Under the pieces are notes generated by a model. That model saw nothing but the letters and a program-made list of their open reading frames with translations, was not told the DNA's origin and did not search any database. A stretch of 63,524 nt of DNA, filler included, from Nanobdellota archaeon (lineage in GTDB: Archaea > Nanobdellota > Nanobdellia > Woesearchaeales > CAZZGN01), in the NCBI GenBank assembly GCA_051819665.1. It is 7 parts of 5 records of this genome, joined end to end, with 100 filler letters (N's around TTAATTAATTAA, not from the genome) between each part and the next. Parts side by side here need not be neighbours in the genome. Positions count along the whole stretch, not along the records: positions 1 to 4,368 come from JBNJDG010000001.1; positions 4,469 to 9,183 come from JBNJDG010000001.1; positions 9,284 to 11,721 come from JBNJDG010000002.1; 4 more parts are not named here. One strand, given 5' to 3'. The stretch's first letter is position 1, and every line of letters begins with the position of its first letter. The translations under genes were made by a program, and so were the position numbers. Shown here one piece after another: positions 1 through 9,473 of this stretch.

Positions 1-136
1 TCTCCCGTCTGTCTGGGATAAGATGGATGATGGGGAGACATTCCTTTCACGTTTATGCACGAAGGGGAACATGGAAGAAGATTGCTGGAAGGATCCTGAA
101 ACTCATATATATCTCTATACAGCAGAGATGGTCTGA
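1..136 (+). CDS. 3' end of AmmeMemoRadiSam B/A fusion protein (partial; copy of 27652-29022)
   Basis: Reads ...LPSVWDKMDDGETFLSRLCTKGNMEEDCWKDPETHIYLYTAEMV*, matching the C-terminus of 27652-29022. Confidence 0.85.
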   Translation, partial: LPSVWDKMDDGETFLSRLCTKGNMEEDCWKDPETHIYLYTAEMV

Positions 137-159
137 GTGGGGTATTAAGAAATTAGAAA

Positions 160-246
160 CGCCGCCGCCCGGATTCCCACATAAGGGCCTTGCCCTATAT
201 CAACCCAGGTACGATAATGCTACACAAGGTAGCATAATGGGACAGA
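160..246 (-). repeat. 87-bp unit downstream of tRNA-Ser(CGA): 71-nt insert (176-246) plus duplicated tRNA 3' end (160-175)
   Basis: CGCCGCCGCCCGGATT occurs at 160-175 and 247-262. The intervening 71 nt are identical to 12973-13043, 13060-13130 and the reverse complement of 27439-27509. Confidence 0.95.
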
Positions 247-330
247 CGCCGCCGCCCGGATTTGAACCGGGATATCCCGAAGGAAACCTGCTCTCGAGGC
301 AGGCGCACTACCAGATTATGCGACGACGGC
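247..330 (-). tRNA. tRNA-Ser(CGA) (copy of 27355-27438)
   Basis: Cloverleaf with acceptor stem GCCGTCG/CGGCGGC, anticodon arm CCTGC-CTCGAGA-GCAGG, long variable arm and GGTTCAAATCC T-arm. Confidence 0.95.
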
Positions 331-363
331 ATAACACTTCCGGAGAAAGAGAGCTTCTATTTA

Positions 364-1197
364 TTATTTTTTACTTACAGAGTATTTTTTCACCATCTTC
401 ACAGGATGATAGCTTTCCTTGGCTTTCCTCATACCTGGAATGCCTATGTCCTGGCCTCTGTTAAGTAATTTAACATCTTCCGGCAGGTGTTTGCAGAATT
501 CCCACAGGACATATTGATAAGCACCTTTATAGTTCCTGTCTGCTTTCTCGTAATGTTCGGCGAAAGTTCCTTCCTTTGTCCTCTCTCCTATCGCAAAGCC
601 TACAAGCTCTTCATTGACTCTTACACATACACCCATAAGTTCGAGTTCTGAGAAATTGTCAAGGGCGATCTTCAGTGATTTGTCCTCATCTTTGATAAGC
701 TGTTCATCAGGCATCATCTTATACCATCTTTCCTGAAGGCTCTTGAAATCCTCTTTCGTGAAATTGTCGAGGAAGCATGTTTGAGGGTTATTCTTCATGA
801 ACTTGTTGATATGCTGTCTCTTCTCCTCGAATTTTGTCCCTTTCAGCTCTTTCATCTCCTCTGCATCATAGACATAATCAAAGAGATCCCTCCTTTCCTC
901 TATTTTAAGGCCTTCAAGTTCATCAGCCACTTCTTCAGAGACCTTCTCAAAATATCCTTCAGGATCATCATCTAATATCTCCTTTATCATCTCAGCCGGC
1001 TTTGGGCCGATGGGCTCATAATATCTGTCTTTATCCTTCACGATAAGATGGCCTTTATGCTCAGCATACACTATTCCTCTCTGTTCCTGCCAGCAGAATA
1101 GGGTGGTGAAATTCAGTTTCGATAATTCCTTTGGGTATTCCTTCAGGTAGCTGTTGAATAATTCCTTGTCTTCCATGCTGATCTCTTTGAATTCCAT
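364..1197 (-). CDS. DUF2156 / phosphatidylglycerol lysyltransferase C-terminal-like GNAT protein (copy)
   Basis: Motifs DYVYD...LKGTKF..KR.HINKF, EHYEKAD..YKGAYQ and LNRGQDIGIPGMRKAKESYHP. Start taken at MEFKEI. Confidence 0.85.
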   Translation of the reverse strand: MEFKEISMEDKELFNSYLKEYPKELSKLNFTTLFCWQEQRGIVYAEHKGHLIVKDKDRYYEPIGPKPAEMIKEILDDDPEGYFEKVSEEVADELEGLKIEERRDLFDYVYDAEEMKELKGTKFEEKRQHINKFMKNNPQTCFLDNFTKEDFKSLQERWYKMMPDEQLIKDEDKSLKIALDNFSELELMGVCVRVNEELVGFAIGERTKEGTFAEHYEKADRNYKGAYQYVLWEFCKHLPEDVKLLNRGQDIGIPGMRKAKESYHPVKMVKKYSVSKK

Positions 1198-1248
1198 CAC
1201 GCTGTAGAACTTGCATTTCATTAAAAAAGTTTGTGGAATCCTTTGCTC

Positions 1249-2067
1249 TCAATTATTCCTGAAGTAGTCTATGAACCTGTCCAGCAAAACTTCCATGCTT
1301 ATATTATTCAGGTAACAGGATTTATCAACTCTCATTGATACGGGCTTTATCTCCGCTTTTGTATTATTTATGAATTCCTCTTTATCCTTTTCTCCTGTCT
1401 CACCATATAGGGGTCTTATCTCATTCATGTTGTACAGCTCTGCAAGACGGTCGGCAGTCTTTATCATATCGGCTGGAACCATGTCATAATCCTTTATATG
1501 GGACACGAGGTCTTTCCCGTTCATATTTTCCTGAGTATGATGCTCGATCTCGTCCATGTGCTTCTCCAGTATATATTCATCAAGTCCAGAAACTATGAGG
1601 GCCATAGCGAGCGGATCCTTCCCGAACTCATTATTGATATTATCTATAAGTGAATAGATCCTCTCTATATCGAATCTCTTAGTGTTCTCTATAGTGTCAT
1701 GAAGGTTAGAAGCGGTTATTAGGTCATCTATATTATATGCCTTCCTGAATTCATCAGAGCTTTCGTTAAGCAGCCTTGCAGTAATGTATCCGACATTCGC
1801 TCCATGGACATACTCTGGAAAGTCATTGTTCCTGTATTGTCCTTTATGATTCTCCTGGGAAAAGATAAGAGATCTCCGGGCTGTACCTATGTCAATCTCA
1901 TGATTGGTCCTGTTGTAGAACCTCGCAATCTCTCTGGCAATTTGCGGCTCATCCTTCTTCTTAGAAGCAATGCGTCTTATGTATTTCATCCCTTTTACTA
2001 TTCTTAAGGTTGTTTTTTCCTCCATACTAAGGCCCGGTTCAGTGTCTTCCATTAACTCCTCTCTCAT
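1249..2067 (-). CDS. HD-domain protein, RelA/SpoT-hydrolase (Mesh1/SAH)-like (copy)
   Basis: Motifs HKGQYR..FPEYVH, LHDTIENT and IKTADRL. Confidence 0.6.
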   Translation of the reverse strand: MREELMEDTEPGLSMEEKTTLRIVKGMKYIRRIASKKKDEPQIAREIARFYNRTNHEIDIGTARRSLIFSQENHKGQYRNNDFPEYVHGANVGYITARLLNESSDEFRKAYNIDDLITASNLHDTIENTKRFDIERIYSLIDNINNEFGKDPLAMALIVSGLDEYILEKHMDEIEHHTQENMNGKDLVSHIKDYDMVPADMIKTADRLAELYNMNEIRPLYGETGEKDKEEFINNTKAEIKPVSMRVDKSCYLNNISMEVLLDRFIDYFRNN

Positions 2068-2098
2068 AGTTATAAATGGGAAGGAGTAATATATAAAA

Positions 2099-2437
2099 TT
2101 ATCTGCTCAATTCGTCAATAGCGTCCTGGACAAGTTTCACATACATCAGGCTTGGTCCTCCTCCCATCAATGCAGCTACCCAACTTGACTCGAGTATCTC
2201 TTCCTTTGTTGCGCCTTTATCCAGACAGTTCTTCACATGGATCGAGATGCACCAGTGGCACTGTGCTTTGACTGATAATGCTACTGCTATGAGCTCTTTA
2301 GTCTTTCCGTCAAGGGCCCCGTCTTTCTCCACTGCTGTCATGAACTCATGGAAACCTTTCATACTCTCTGGTGTAGCTTCCTTGAGCTTTTTCATGTTTT
2401 CTCCCTGATCATTCAGATAATCTTTTATCTCTCCCAT
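2099..2437 (-). CDS. Carboxymuconolactone decarboxylase / AhpD-family protein (copy)
   Basis: LDGKTKELIAVALSV..QCHWCISIH and ALMGGGP. Confidence 0.9.
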   Translation of the reverse strand: MGEIKDYLNDQGENMKKLKEATPESMKGFHEFMTAVEKDGALDGKTKELIAVALSVKAQCHWCISIHVKNCLDKGATKEEILESSWVAALMGGGPSLMYVKLVQDAIDELSR

Positions 2438-2536
2438 TATATCACCTGTGTTTTTCTTCCGCCTGAAGGTTTAAAAAGATTATGAAAGACCCTTCATCAG
2501 AAAGATTATTATATGTGTTTTAGTCTTTGGATTAGG

Positions 2537-3076
2537 ATGATAATCACAATAACCGGCCTTCCGGGCAGCGGGAAATCGACAGTGGCGAAGGAACTTGCCG
2601 ATTCTCTCGGTTTCGGTTATCATTCGGTCGGCGGCCTGATGAGGGAGATCGCAGAAGAGAGAGGACTCACCCTCATGGAACTTGGTAAGCTCGCAGAGAA
2701 TGATAAGTCGATAGATAAGCTTCTTGACCAGAGGCAGATTAACCTCGGGAAGGAGAAGGATGATATCATCATAGATTCAAGGCTCGGATGGTACTTCATA
2801 CCCGGCTCTGTCAAGATCTTCCTTGACGCTGACCTTGAGGTCTCTGCGAGGAGGGTCTTCGATGAAAAGAGAGATGATGAGGGATACAATACCTCTTTTG
2901 AGAAGACGAAGGAGAACATGCTTGCCAGGATGGATTCGGAGAAGAAAAGGTATAAGCATTATTATGGTGTTGATTATTTCGATAAGGGCCATTATGACAA
3001 GGTCATCGACACTTCTGATAAGTCAATAGCAGAGATAGTTGAGAAGATAAAGGATTTTATAGCAAACTTTAAATAA
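2537..3076 (+). CDS. cmk: Cytidylate kinase, archaeal type (copy)
   Basis: P-loop GLPGSGKST, IDSRLG, KIFLDA and RYKHYYGVD. Confidence 0.9.
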   Translation: MIITITGLPGSGKSTVAKELADSLGFGYHSVGGLMREIAEERGLTLMELGKLAENDKSIDKLLDQRQINLGKEKDDIIIDSRLGWYFIPGSVKIFLDADLEVSARRVFDEKRDDEGYNTSFEKTKENMLARMDSEKKRYKHYYGVDYFDKGHYDKVIDTSDKSIAEIVEKIKDFIANFK

Positions 3077-3108
3077 AAGTTTTATAATAGAGATACTGGG
3101 TAATAATT

Positions 3109-3477
3109 ATGTTAGAAACAAGAGGATGGATAAGTCTCATATTGGGTTTCATTACAACAGCATTCGGAGCGATTCCGCTATTGAACAACATTGGCTTGAT
3201 AGGTTTTGATCTCCCTTTCAGCATAGTCGGTATAATTCTGGAGATATTGCTCATCATGGGCGGCCTGTTCCTCCTTTTCGACTCTGCTCACGAGGATAAC
3301 CTGAAATGGGTCAGTGTGATTGTCGGCCTTATAATAATAATCTTGGGCGCTTTCCCCCTGGTTAACAATTTCGTCAACATAGGTTTTAGTCTTGGAGATG
3401 TTCTGGGGATAGCCATAGTAAAGAATATAATACTCATTGTCTCGGGAATACTCCTTATCTTTGGAGCTGGGGATTAG
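3109..3477 (+). CDS. Hypothetical four-TM membrane protein (copy)
   Basis: 122-aa hydrophobic ORF with an internal two-fold repeat (GAIPLLNN / GAFPLVNN). Confidence 0.7.
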   Translation: MLETRGWISLILGFITTAFGAIPLLNNIGLIGFDLPFSIVGIILEILLIMGGLFLLFDSAHEDNLKWVSVIVGLIIIILGAFPLVNNFVNIGFSLGDVLGIAIVKNIILIVSGILLIFGAGD

Positions 3478-4300
3478 TCTTCTCCAGTATCTTCCCTTTA
3501 TTTGTATAAACGCTGGAGAGCCTCTCGAAGAAAGATTTTTCCTTCTCCATCTCTACAATATCCACCCTGTCAAGTTCATTTTCAAGGTAGGACTCTGCAT
3601 CCTCCATGGTTCCCAGTTCGTCAACAAGGCCTTCCTCTTTGGCTTCAGAACCGAGGAACCATTCTCCTGTCGCCAGCTCTTCCACTTCCTCTCTCTTCAT
3701 CTCTCTGTTCTCGGCCACTTCGTCTATGAAGAAACCCTCTATTGTCTCAAGCTTATCCATCATCATGTCTTTCTCTTCTTCCGAGAGTTCCTTGAACGGA
3801 GAGCCCATGTCCTTATATTCTCCTGAAACGAGTCTCCTGTATGTCACATTATGATCCTCGAGAAGTCCTGAGAGCTCGAGATAGGAAGAAGTCACACCTA
3901 TACTTCCTGTTATGGACATCCGGTTGGCTATGATATGGTCTGTGGCCGTAGCTACCCAGTAAGCACCTGAAGCTCCTGCATCCCTTATCGCAGAGACGGT
4001 CGTCATATTCAGGTCCTTAATCTTCTGCCCGATCTCATCGGAAGCTACAGGGGATCCTCCTCCTGAGTTTATCCTGAATATTATGGCTTCCATGCCCCTG
4101 TTCTCCGCCTTCTCTATAAGCTCTATGATCTCTTCTGAGCTTGTGACGGAAGAGAAACTGTCTCCGCCTGTAGTTGCTATCATCCCGTTAATGGATATCT
4201 CTGCCACATTACCCATCTCTTCTGTATTGAAGAAACCGGCGATGAAATTGCTGAGCAGGAAGAGCACGATAAGGAAACCCAGTACATATCCCCATCTCAT
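3455..4300 (-). CDS. sppA: Signal peptide peptidase SppA, S49 family (copy)
   Basis: INSGGGSP, GASGAYWVA, ITGSIGV and SGEYKDMGSP. Confidence 0.92.
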   Translation of the reverse strand: MRWGYVLGFLIVLFLLSNFIAGFFNTEEMGNVAEISINGMIATTGGDSFSSVTSSEEIIELIEKAENRGMEAIIFRINSGGGSPVASDEIGQKIKDLNMTTVSAIRDAGASGAYWVATATDHIIANRMSITGSIGVTSSYLELSGLLEDHNVTYRRLVSGEYKDMGSPFKELSEEEKDMMMDKLETIEGFFIDEVAENREMKREEVEELATGEWFLGSEAKEEGLVDELGTMEDAESYLENELDRVDIVEMEKEKSFFERLSSVYTNKGKILEKTNPQLQR

Positions 4301-4368
4301 ACGACCTGCACCATCCTTAGGCCTGCTATCCTCTCTGAGAGTCTTCTCCCTGTCATTACCATGTATAT

Positions 4369-4468
4369 NNNNNNNNNNNNNNNNNNNNNNNNNNNNNNNN
4401 NNNNNNNNNNNNTTAATTAATTAANNNNNNNNNNNNNNNNNNNNNNNNNNNNNNNNNNNNNNNNNNNN
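4369..4468. other. Artificial contig linker
   Basis: 100 nt of N surrounding TTAATTAATTAA. Confidence 0.98.
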
Positions 4469-4611
4469 TGATAACCGGACCGTATGATGTCTATAAGGTG
4501 ATAATCGCAGTATCTTTCCCTGCAAGCCTTGGAGCAGGTCTCAGTGATCTTTTGAAGAAGTATTAAATATATGCTATTCCTGACAATAAAGATAAGTTTT
4601 GAGGTGAGAAA

Positions 4612-5886
4612 ATGATCAAGGAAATTAAAGCAAGACAGGTTTTTGATTCAAGAGGAAATCCGACAGTGGAATGTGATGTGGTGACAGATAATGGCATGTT
4701 CAGGGCATCAGTTCCGAGCGGTGCATCAACAGGCGTTCATGAGGCTCTGGAGTTGAGGGATAAGTCAGATGATTATCACGGCAAAGGCGTTCTTACAGCA
4801 GTCTCCAATATCAAGGATAAGATAGCTCCCGGGCTTCTGGAGATGGATGAGAAGGATCAGGAAGCTATAGACAATAAGATGCTTGAGCTCGACGGCACGA
4901 AGAACAAATCATCTTTAGGCGCTAATGCTATCCTGGCTGTATCGATGGCTGTCTGCAAGGCAGGAGCCAAGGCGAAGGTTAAGCCTTTATACAAGCATAT
5001 CTCAGAGCTTGCAGGAACAGGGATGAGGATGCCTGTACCGAGTTTCAATGTGATAAACGGAGGAAGCCATGCCGGTAATGCTCTGGCTATGCAGGAGTTC
5101 ATGTTACTTCCTCTGGGAGCAGGGGATTTTACCGAAGCCATGAAGATGGGCTCGGAGACTTATCATCACCTGAAGAATCTTGTGAAGGAGAGATATGGTA
5201 AGGACGCTACCAATGTTGGTGATGAGGGTGGCTTCGCTCCTAATATCCAGGACAACAAGGAAGCTCTTGACCTTCTGAAAGATGCGATAAGCAGGGCAGG
5301 TTATACAGGAAAGATAAAGATCGGCATGGACATCGCTGCCTCTGAGTTCTATAAGGGAGGCAAGTATGACCTGAACTTCAAGGGTAATGAAGAGATGTTA
5401 AAAAGTAACGAAGAGTTATCGGAGATTTTCAGGGGATTCATAGAGGATTATGAGGTTATCTCTATAGAGGATCCTTTCGATCAGGATGATTGGGAAGGAT
5501 ATAAGAGATTCACGGAGAAATATGGAGAGAAAGTTCAGATAGTCGGTGATGATCTTCTTGTGACCAATCCCGAGAGGATAAAGAGAGCTATAGATGAGAA
5601 CACCTGCAACTCCCTGCTTCTCAAAGTGAATCAGATAGGTTCTGTCACAGAGAGCATCAAGGCATGCCAGATGAGCAGGGACGCCGGATGGGGTGTCATG
5701 GTCAGTCACAGGAGCGGCGAGACTGAGGATGCCTTCATAGCTGACTTGGTAGTCGGCCTCGGTACAGGAGAGATAAAGACAGGAGCTCCCTGCAGATCTG
5801 AAAGGCTCGCTAAGTACAATCAGCTTTTAAGGATAGATGAAGAGACAGAGCTTGATTATGCCGGGGAGAACTTCAGGGAGTTTTAG
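4612..5886 (+). CDS. eno: Enolase (eukaryote-like sequence type)
   Basis: [43 protein letters not shown] and [14 protein letters not shown]. Confidence 0.97.
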   Translation: MIKEIKARQVFDSRGNPTVECDVVTDNGMFRASVPSGASTGVHEALELRDKSDDYHGKGVLTAVSNIKDKIAPGLLEMDEKDQEAIDNKMLELDGTKNKSSLGANAILAVSMAVCKAGAKAKVKPLYKHISELAGTGMRMPVPSFNVINGGSHAGNALAMQEFMLLPLGAGDFTEAMKMGSETYHHLKNLVKERYGKDATNVGDEGGFAPNIQDNKEALDLLKDAISRAGYTGKIKIGMDIAASEFYKGGKYDLNFKGNEEMLKSNEELSEIFRGFIEDYEVISIEDPFDQDDWEGYKRFTEKYGEKVQIVGDDLLVTNPERIKRAIDENTCNSLLLKVNQIGSVTESIKACQMSRDAGWGVMVSHRSGETEDAFIADLVVGLGTGEIKTGAPCRSERLAKYNQLLRIDEETELDYAGENFREF

Positions 5887-5899
5887 TTAAATTCTTTCT

Positions 5900-6787
5900 T
5901 TATTCTTTTATTACATAGAACATCGGGCTGTTGTACATGAATCCTGCTTCTCTTTTATTCTCGCTTTTCATCACCTGGCCATCAACTTCGGAAGCGAGCT
6001 TTGAAGTGAAATATAGCTGGGAGGCTGTAACCAGTCTTTTCCTTGCATTATCAACTGGTGTCCTTTCTTTATTTTCTTCTCCTTGTCCTTTACATAATTC
6101 CAGATAACTGTCATTTATCTTGTTTATTATTTCATCATCCAGGTAATGGTCTATCTGCTCATTGGGATTTATGAGAGGCATCATAATAAGGCCGGCATTA
6201 TTCTTGTTTGTTGCCTGTGTGAGCATCCTTGTAAGATCATTTATCCTTTCTGCATGATAAACAATATTATTGGAATTTGAATTTAGTGTTTCAGGGGTTG
6301 AATATGCCCTATTGAATCTGGCATTATATAATCCGTTATTTTTGAAGAGCTCGTTGTAAGAGTTTTCTGGATTTTCCTTGCTATAATTGGTGTTCTTCTC
6401 TAGCTTAAAGACCATTTCCCTGTTGATATCATTTGTTAGGGGGGGATGGAAATCATCCGCCGTATCCAAGCTTTTCATTGGGTTTTGTATCTCGACATGA
6501 GAATTCGGATTATTCTTTGCTACATGCAACCCAAACATCGCCCCCATATTCATGTCAGCAACTGAGATGAGATGCAGATCATCAAGTGCAGATAATCTTT
6601 CTATCTGTTCTTCTCTTGAAGTTTTGGGCAGTTTATCATAAAAGGCTCTGAACTTGCCTTTATGAAGGTCAACTACAGGCCCTCCATCATTATAGTCTTT
6701 TATATCATCGGTTTTACCATTAAAATATGCATTCAGATATTTATCCAGATACTCTCCTGTTCTTCTGATTAACTGATCATTATCCAT
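5900..6787 (-). CDS. Hypothetical protein, 295 aa, Asn-rich
   Basis: Long ORF filling the gap between eno and gpmI. AT-richer than its neighbours; no recognisable motif. Confidence 0.7.
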   Translation of the reverse strand: MDNDQLIRRTGEYLDKYLNAYFNGKTDDIKDYNDGGPVVDLHKGKFRAFYDKLPKTSREEQIERLSALDDLHLISVADMNMGAMFGLHVAKNNPNSHVEIQNPMKSLDTADDFHPPLTNDINREMVFKLEKNTNYSKENPENSYNELFKNNGLYNARFNRAYSTPETLNSNSNNIVYHAERINDLTRMLTQATNKNNAGLIMMPLINPNEQIDHYLDDEIINKINDSYLELCKGQGEENKERTPVDNARKRLVTASQLYFTSKLASEVDGQVMKSENKREAGFMYNSPMFYVIKE

Positions 6788-6896
6788 GCTTTCAAGTCAT
6801 CATCTTTCATTTATAAATCTTCTGTTTTTTGTCTCTCTCAAGTAACAATTAAAACAATCACAAGTTTTTAATATAAAGTGCTCCTTCATCTGAGTG

Positions 6897-8387
6897 ATGG
6901 AAAAAGTAATTCTCGTTATAAGGGACGGCTGGGGATACCGGAAAAGTTGCGAAGACAATGCTATCTGCCAGGCAAAGACGCCTGTAGCAGAAAGCCTGAT
7001 GGAGAAATATCCTAATACGCTCATAGAAGCTGCCGGTGAATCAGTCGGTCTTCCGGAAGGTTATCAGGGGAACAGTGAAGTGGGCCATCTTACGATAGGC
7101 TCAGGAAGGACGATCTTCCAGTCTTTAGCGAGGATAAACAAATCCATAGAGGATGGTTCTTTCTTTGATATCGAAGAATTCAATAAGGCCATAGACAATT
7201 GCAGGAAACACGGTACATCTCTGCACCTGATAGGTCTTCTCCAGGATGAAGGGGTACATTCGCATATAGACCATCTCTTTGCTATCCTCGACTTATGTAA
7301 GAAGAAGGATTTCAGTGACATCAGGGTCCATGTGATTACAGATGGGAGGGATGCTCCTGTTACGGCAAGCCTTGATAAGATAAAGAAGCTCAGGGCTAAG
7401 CTTGAAGAGACAGGAGGTGAGATAGCGACCCTTTCAGGAAGATACTATGCAATGGATCGTGACAAGAGATGGGACAGAACTAAGCTCGCTTATGACTGCA
7501 TCGTCAAAGGGGAAGCAGATACTTTCGAAGATATAACAGAGAAGGTTAAGGGATGTCATGGAAATGATGAGACCGATGAGTTCATAAGGCCTAGGAAGCA
7601 TGAATCTTATGAAGGAATAAAAGAGAAGGACAGCATAATATTCTACAATTTCAGGACGGACAGGCCGAGGCAGCTTACGAAAGCTATTGTGGAGAAGGAT
7701 TTTGAAGGCTGGGACAGGAAACCTCTGGATGTTTTCTATCTGGCTATGACTCAATACTACAGGCCTATGGATGCTCACGTTGCATTCAAGGACGTTGACA
7801 TAAAGAATCATATCGGCCAGATAGTCTCTGAGAAGGGACTTTCTCAGCTGAGGATCAGCGAGACCGAGAAATACGCTCATGTGACTTTCTTCTTCAACGG
7901 GCAGAAGGAAGAACCTTACGAGAATGAAGAGAGGATTCTTGTGCACAGCCCGAAGGTTGCAACTTATGATCAGGAACCCGAGATGAAAGCTTCCGAGATA
8001 GCGGATAAGCTTGTACCGGAGATAAAGAAGGACAAGCATGATCTTATAGTCACCAATCTCGTGAATGGCGATATGGTCGGGCATACAGGAGACCCGGAAG
8101 CTATCAGGAAAGGTATTGAGGCAGTAGACTCAGCCTTGGGAAGGATAGTCGAAGCAGGTAAGGAAAAGGGTTATACTATGTTGATCTTCGCTGACCATGG
8201 AAATGCTGAGGATCAGACTCCGGAGTGGCGTACAAGTCATACGAAGAATAAAGTTCCGTTGATAGTAGTATCTGATAAGGATTTTCGATTATCTTCCGGC
8301 GGATTGAGGGACATAGCTCCTTCCGTGCTGAAACTTATGGGTATAGAGAAGCCTGAAGAGATGACAGGGGAGGTTATTTTAGAATGA
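6897..8387 (+). CDS. gpmI: 2,3-bisphosphoglycerate-independent phosphoglycerate mutase (bacterial type)
   Basis: RDGWG, GNSEVGH, DGRD, GRYYAMDRD, NFRTDR, ETEKYAHVTFFFNG, DMVGHTG and ADHGNAE. Confidence 0.96.
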   Translation: MEKVILVIRDGWGYRKSCEDNAICQAKTPVAESLMEKYPNTLIEAAGESVGLPEGYQGNSEVGHLTIGSGRTIFQSLARINKSIEDGSFFDIEEFNKAIDNCRKHGTSLHLIGLLQDEGVHSHIDHLFAILDLCKKKDFSDIRVHVITDGRDAPVTASLDKIKKLRAKLEETGGEIATLSGRYYAMDRDKRWDRTKLAYDCIVKGEADTFEDITEKVKGCHGNDETDEFIRPRKHESYEGIKEKDSIIFYNFRTDRPRQLTKAIVEKDFEGWDRKPLDVFYLAMTQYYRPMDAHVAFKDVDIKNHIGQIVSEKGLSQLRISETEKYAHVTFFFNGQKEEPYENEERILVHSPKVATYDQEPEMKASEIADKLVPEIKKDKHDLIVTNLVNGDMVGHTGDPEAIRKGIEAVDSALGRIVEAGKEKGYTMLIFADHGNAEDQTPEWRTSHTKNKVPLIVVSDKDFRLSSGGLRDIAPSVLKLMGIEKPEEMTGEVILE

Positions 8388-8980
8388 TATCCTCGCTTCT
8401 TTCTCTGGTGGTTATTCTTAACCCGTTTGCAATTTTCCTTTATCTGAATCCTGTAATGGAGGAGCTTGATAAGAAGAGCTTTTCCAGTGTGCTTCTCCGT
8501 GCTACAGGTATATCGTGGGTTATCCTGGTCCTTTTCCTTTTGGTGGGGAACAGCATATTCCAGAAAATCCTGCAGATAGATTTCGAATCCTTCAGGATAT
8601 TCGGAGGGATAGTTATTTTCTCTTTCGCTTATCTCTTCATCGTGAAAGGGAACAAGGCCATGATACAGATGAAAGAGACTCTGAATGATCTCGCTTCCGA
8701 GATAGCTCTGCCTTTTATGGCCGGTATAGGGGCAATTTCCCTCTCTATAGTCTTTAGCGATAAGTTCGGTTTCTGGATAGGTCTCCTGATCATCACTTTC
8801 GCTCTCGCCATAAGCCATCTCATAATAATGATGCTGAGGGTCCTTAAGTACAGTATAAAGAAGAAAAAATTCAAAACAGCTTTCGATAAGAACATGGAGA
8901 TCCTTCTCAGGCTGACCGGTTTCTTTGTCGGAGCTATAGGCGTGGATATGATAATTACAGGTCTGTTCAACCTAATATGA
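8384..8980 (+). CDS. MarC-family membrane protein
   Basis: VILNPFA, FRIFGGIV, ALPFMAGIGAIS and RLTGFFVGAIGVDMI; six TM segments. Confidence 0.88.
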   Translation: MISSLLSLVVILNPFAIFLYLNPVMEELDKKSFSSVLLRATGISWVILVLFLLVGNSIFQKILQIDFESFRIFGGIVIFSFAYLFIVKGNKAMIQMKETLNDLASEIALPFMAGIGAISLSIVFSDKFGFWIGLLIITFALAISHLIIMMLRVLKYSIKKKKFKTAFDKNMEILLRLTGFFVGAIGVDMIITGLFNLI

Positions 8981-9183
8981 GTTCAGTCTCTTTAGCTATC
9001 TGGAACTCCTCATCCGTAGGGATGACATAAACTTTGACCCTTGAGCCGTTGGAAGTGATATCTTCTTTATTGTGCCTGTTCTTCCTTCCATCTATCCCCA
9101 GGCCGAGATACTTGAGGTAAGAACAGACCTCTTCCCTTACATAATGTGCTTTTTCACCTATCCCTCCTGTGAAGACCAATGCG
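8967..9183 (-). CDS. ackA: Acetate kinase, C-terminal part (5' end cut by the contig boundary)
   Basis: VFTGGIGE and VYVIPTDEEFQIA. Confidence 0.9.
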
Positions 9184-9283
9184 NNNNNNNNNNNNNNNNN
9201 NNNNNNNNNNNNNNNNNNNNNNNNNNNTTAATTAATTAANNNNNNNNNNNNNNNNNNNNNNNNNNNNNNNNNNNNNNNNNNNN
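9184..9283. other. Artificial contig linker
   Basis: N-TTAATTAATTAA-N. Confidence 0.98.
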
Positions 9284-9466
9284 GAGAGAAGGTTTCCGGG
9301 TCAGTTAAGGTTGAGGATAAGGTACAGGAAGTTCATAGGCGAGTGGATGGATTTCCTTATGCTTTCGAAGGAAGAGCTGAGGGAGATCGTTGATAAGAGC
9401 AAGTGGAGGATTATTGAATTCTTTGACGATGGGAGCAGGTATGTTGTTGTGTTGGGGAAGGGGTAG
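9284..9466 (+). CDS. 3' end of a probable class I SAM-dependent methyltransferase (partial)
   Basis: Open frame from the contig start: ERRFPGQLRLRIRYRKFIGEWMDFLMLSKEELREIVDKSKWRIIEFFDDGSRYVVVLGKG*. Resembles archaeal methyltransferase C-termini. Confidence 0.55.
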   Translation, partial: ERRFPGQLRLRIRYRKFIGEWMDFLMLSKEELREIVDKSKWRIIEFFDDGSRYVVVLGKG

Positions 9467-9473
9467 AGATGAT

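Larger units (their letters stand above)
1..4368. repeat. Contig 1: near-identical reverse-complement copy (strain variant or redundant contig) of 23317-27787
   Basis: ORFs in 364-4300 have identical translations at mirrored coordinates (x maps to 27685-x). Positions 1-159 map with an offset of +103 because a 103-bp unit is missing here. Four clustered SNPs at 100-107. Confidence 0.95.

Noticed and set aside
100..107. DGR variable region at the C-terminus of the AmmeMemo fusion
   Set aside because: Only four substitutions, no template repeat or reverse transcriptase in the window, and the protein is not a typical DGR target.
27..464. ORFs running through the tRNA repeats (27-464, 13034-13291, 27221-27448, 27537-27815)
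   Set aside because: They are antisense to tRNA genes. The repeated peptide only reflects the 87-bp period being divisible by three.
4369..4468. TTAATTAATTAA palindrome recurring six times
   Set aside because: Always centred in a 100-nt N block. It is an artificial all-frame-stop linker, so adjacency across these points has no biological meaning.
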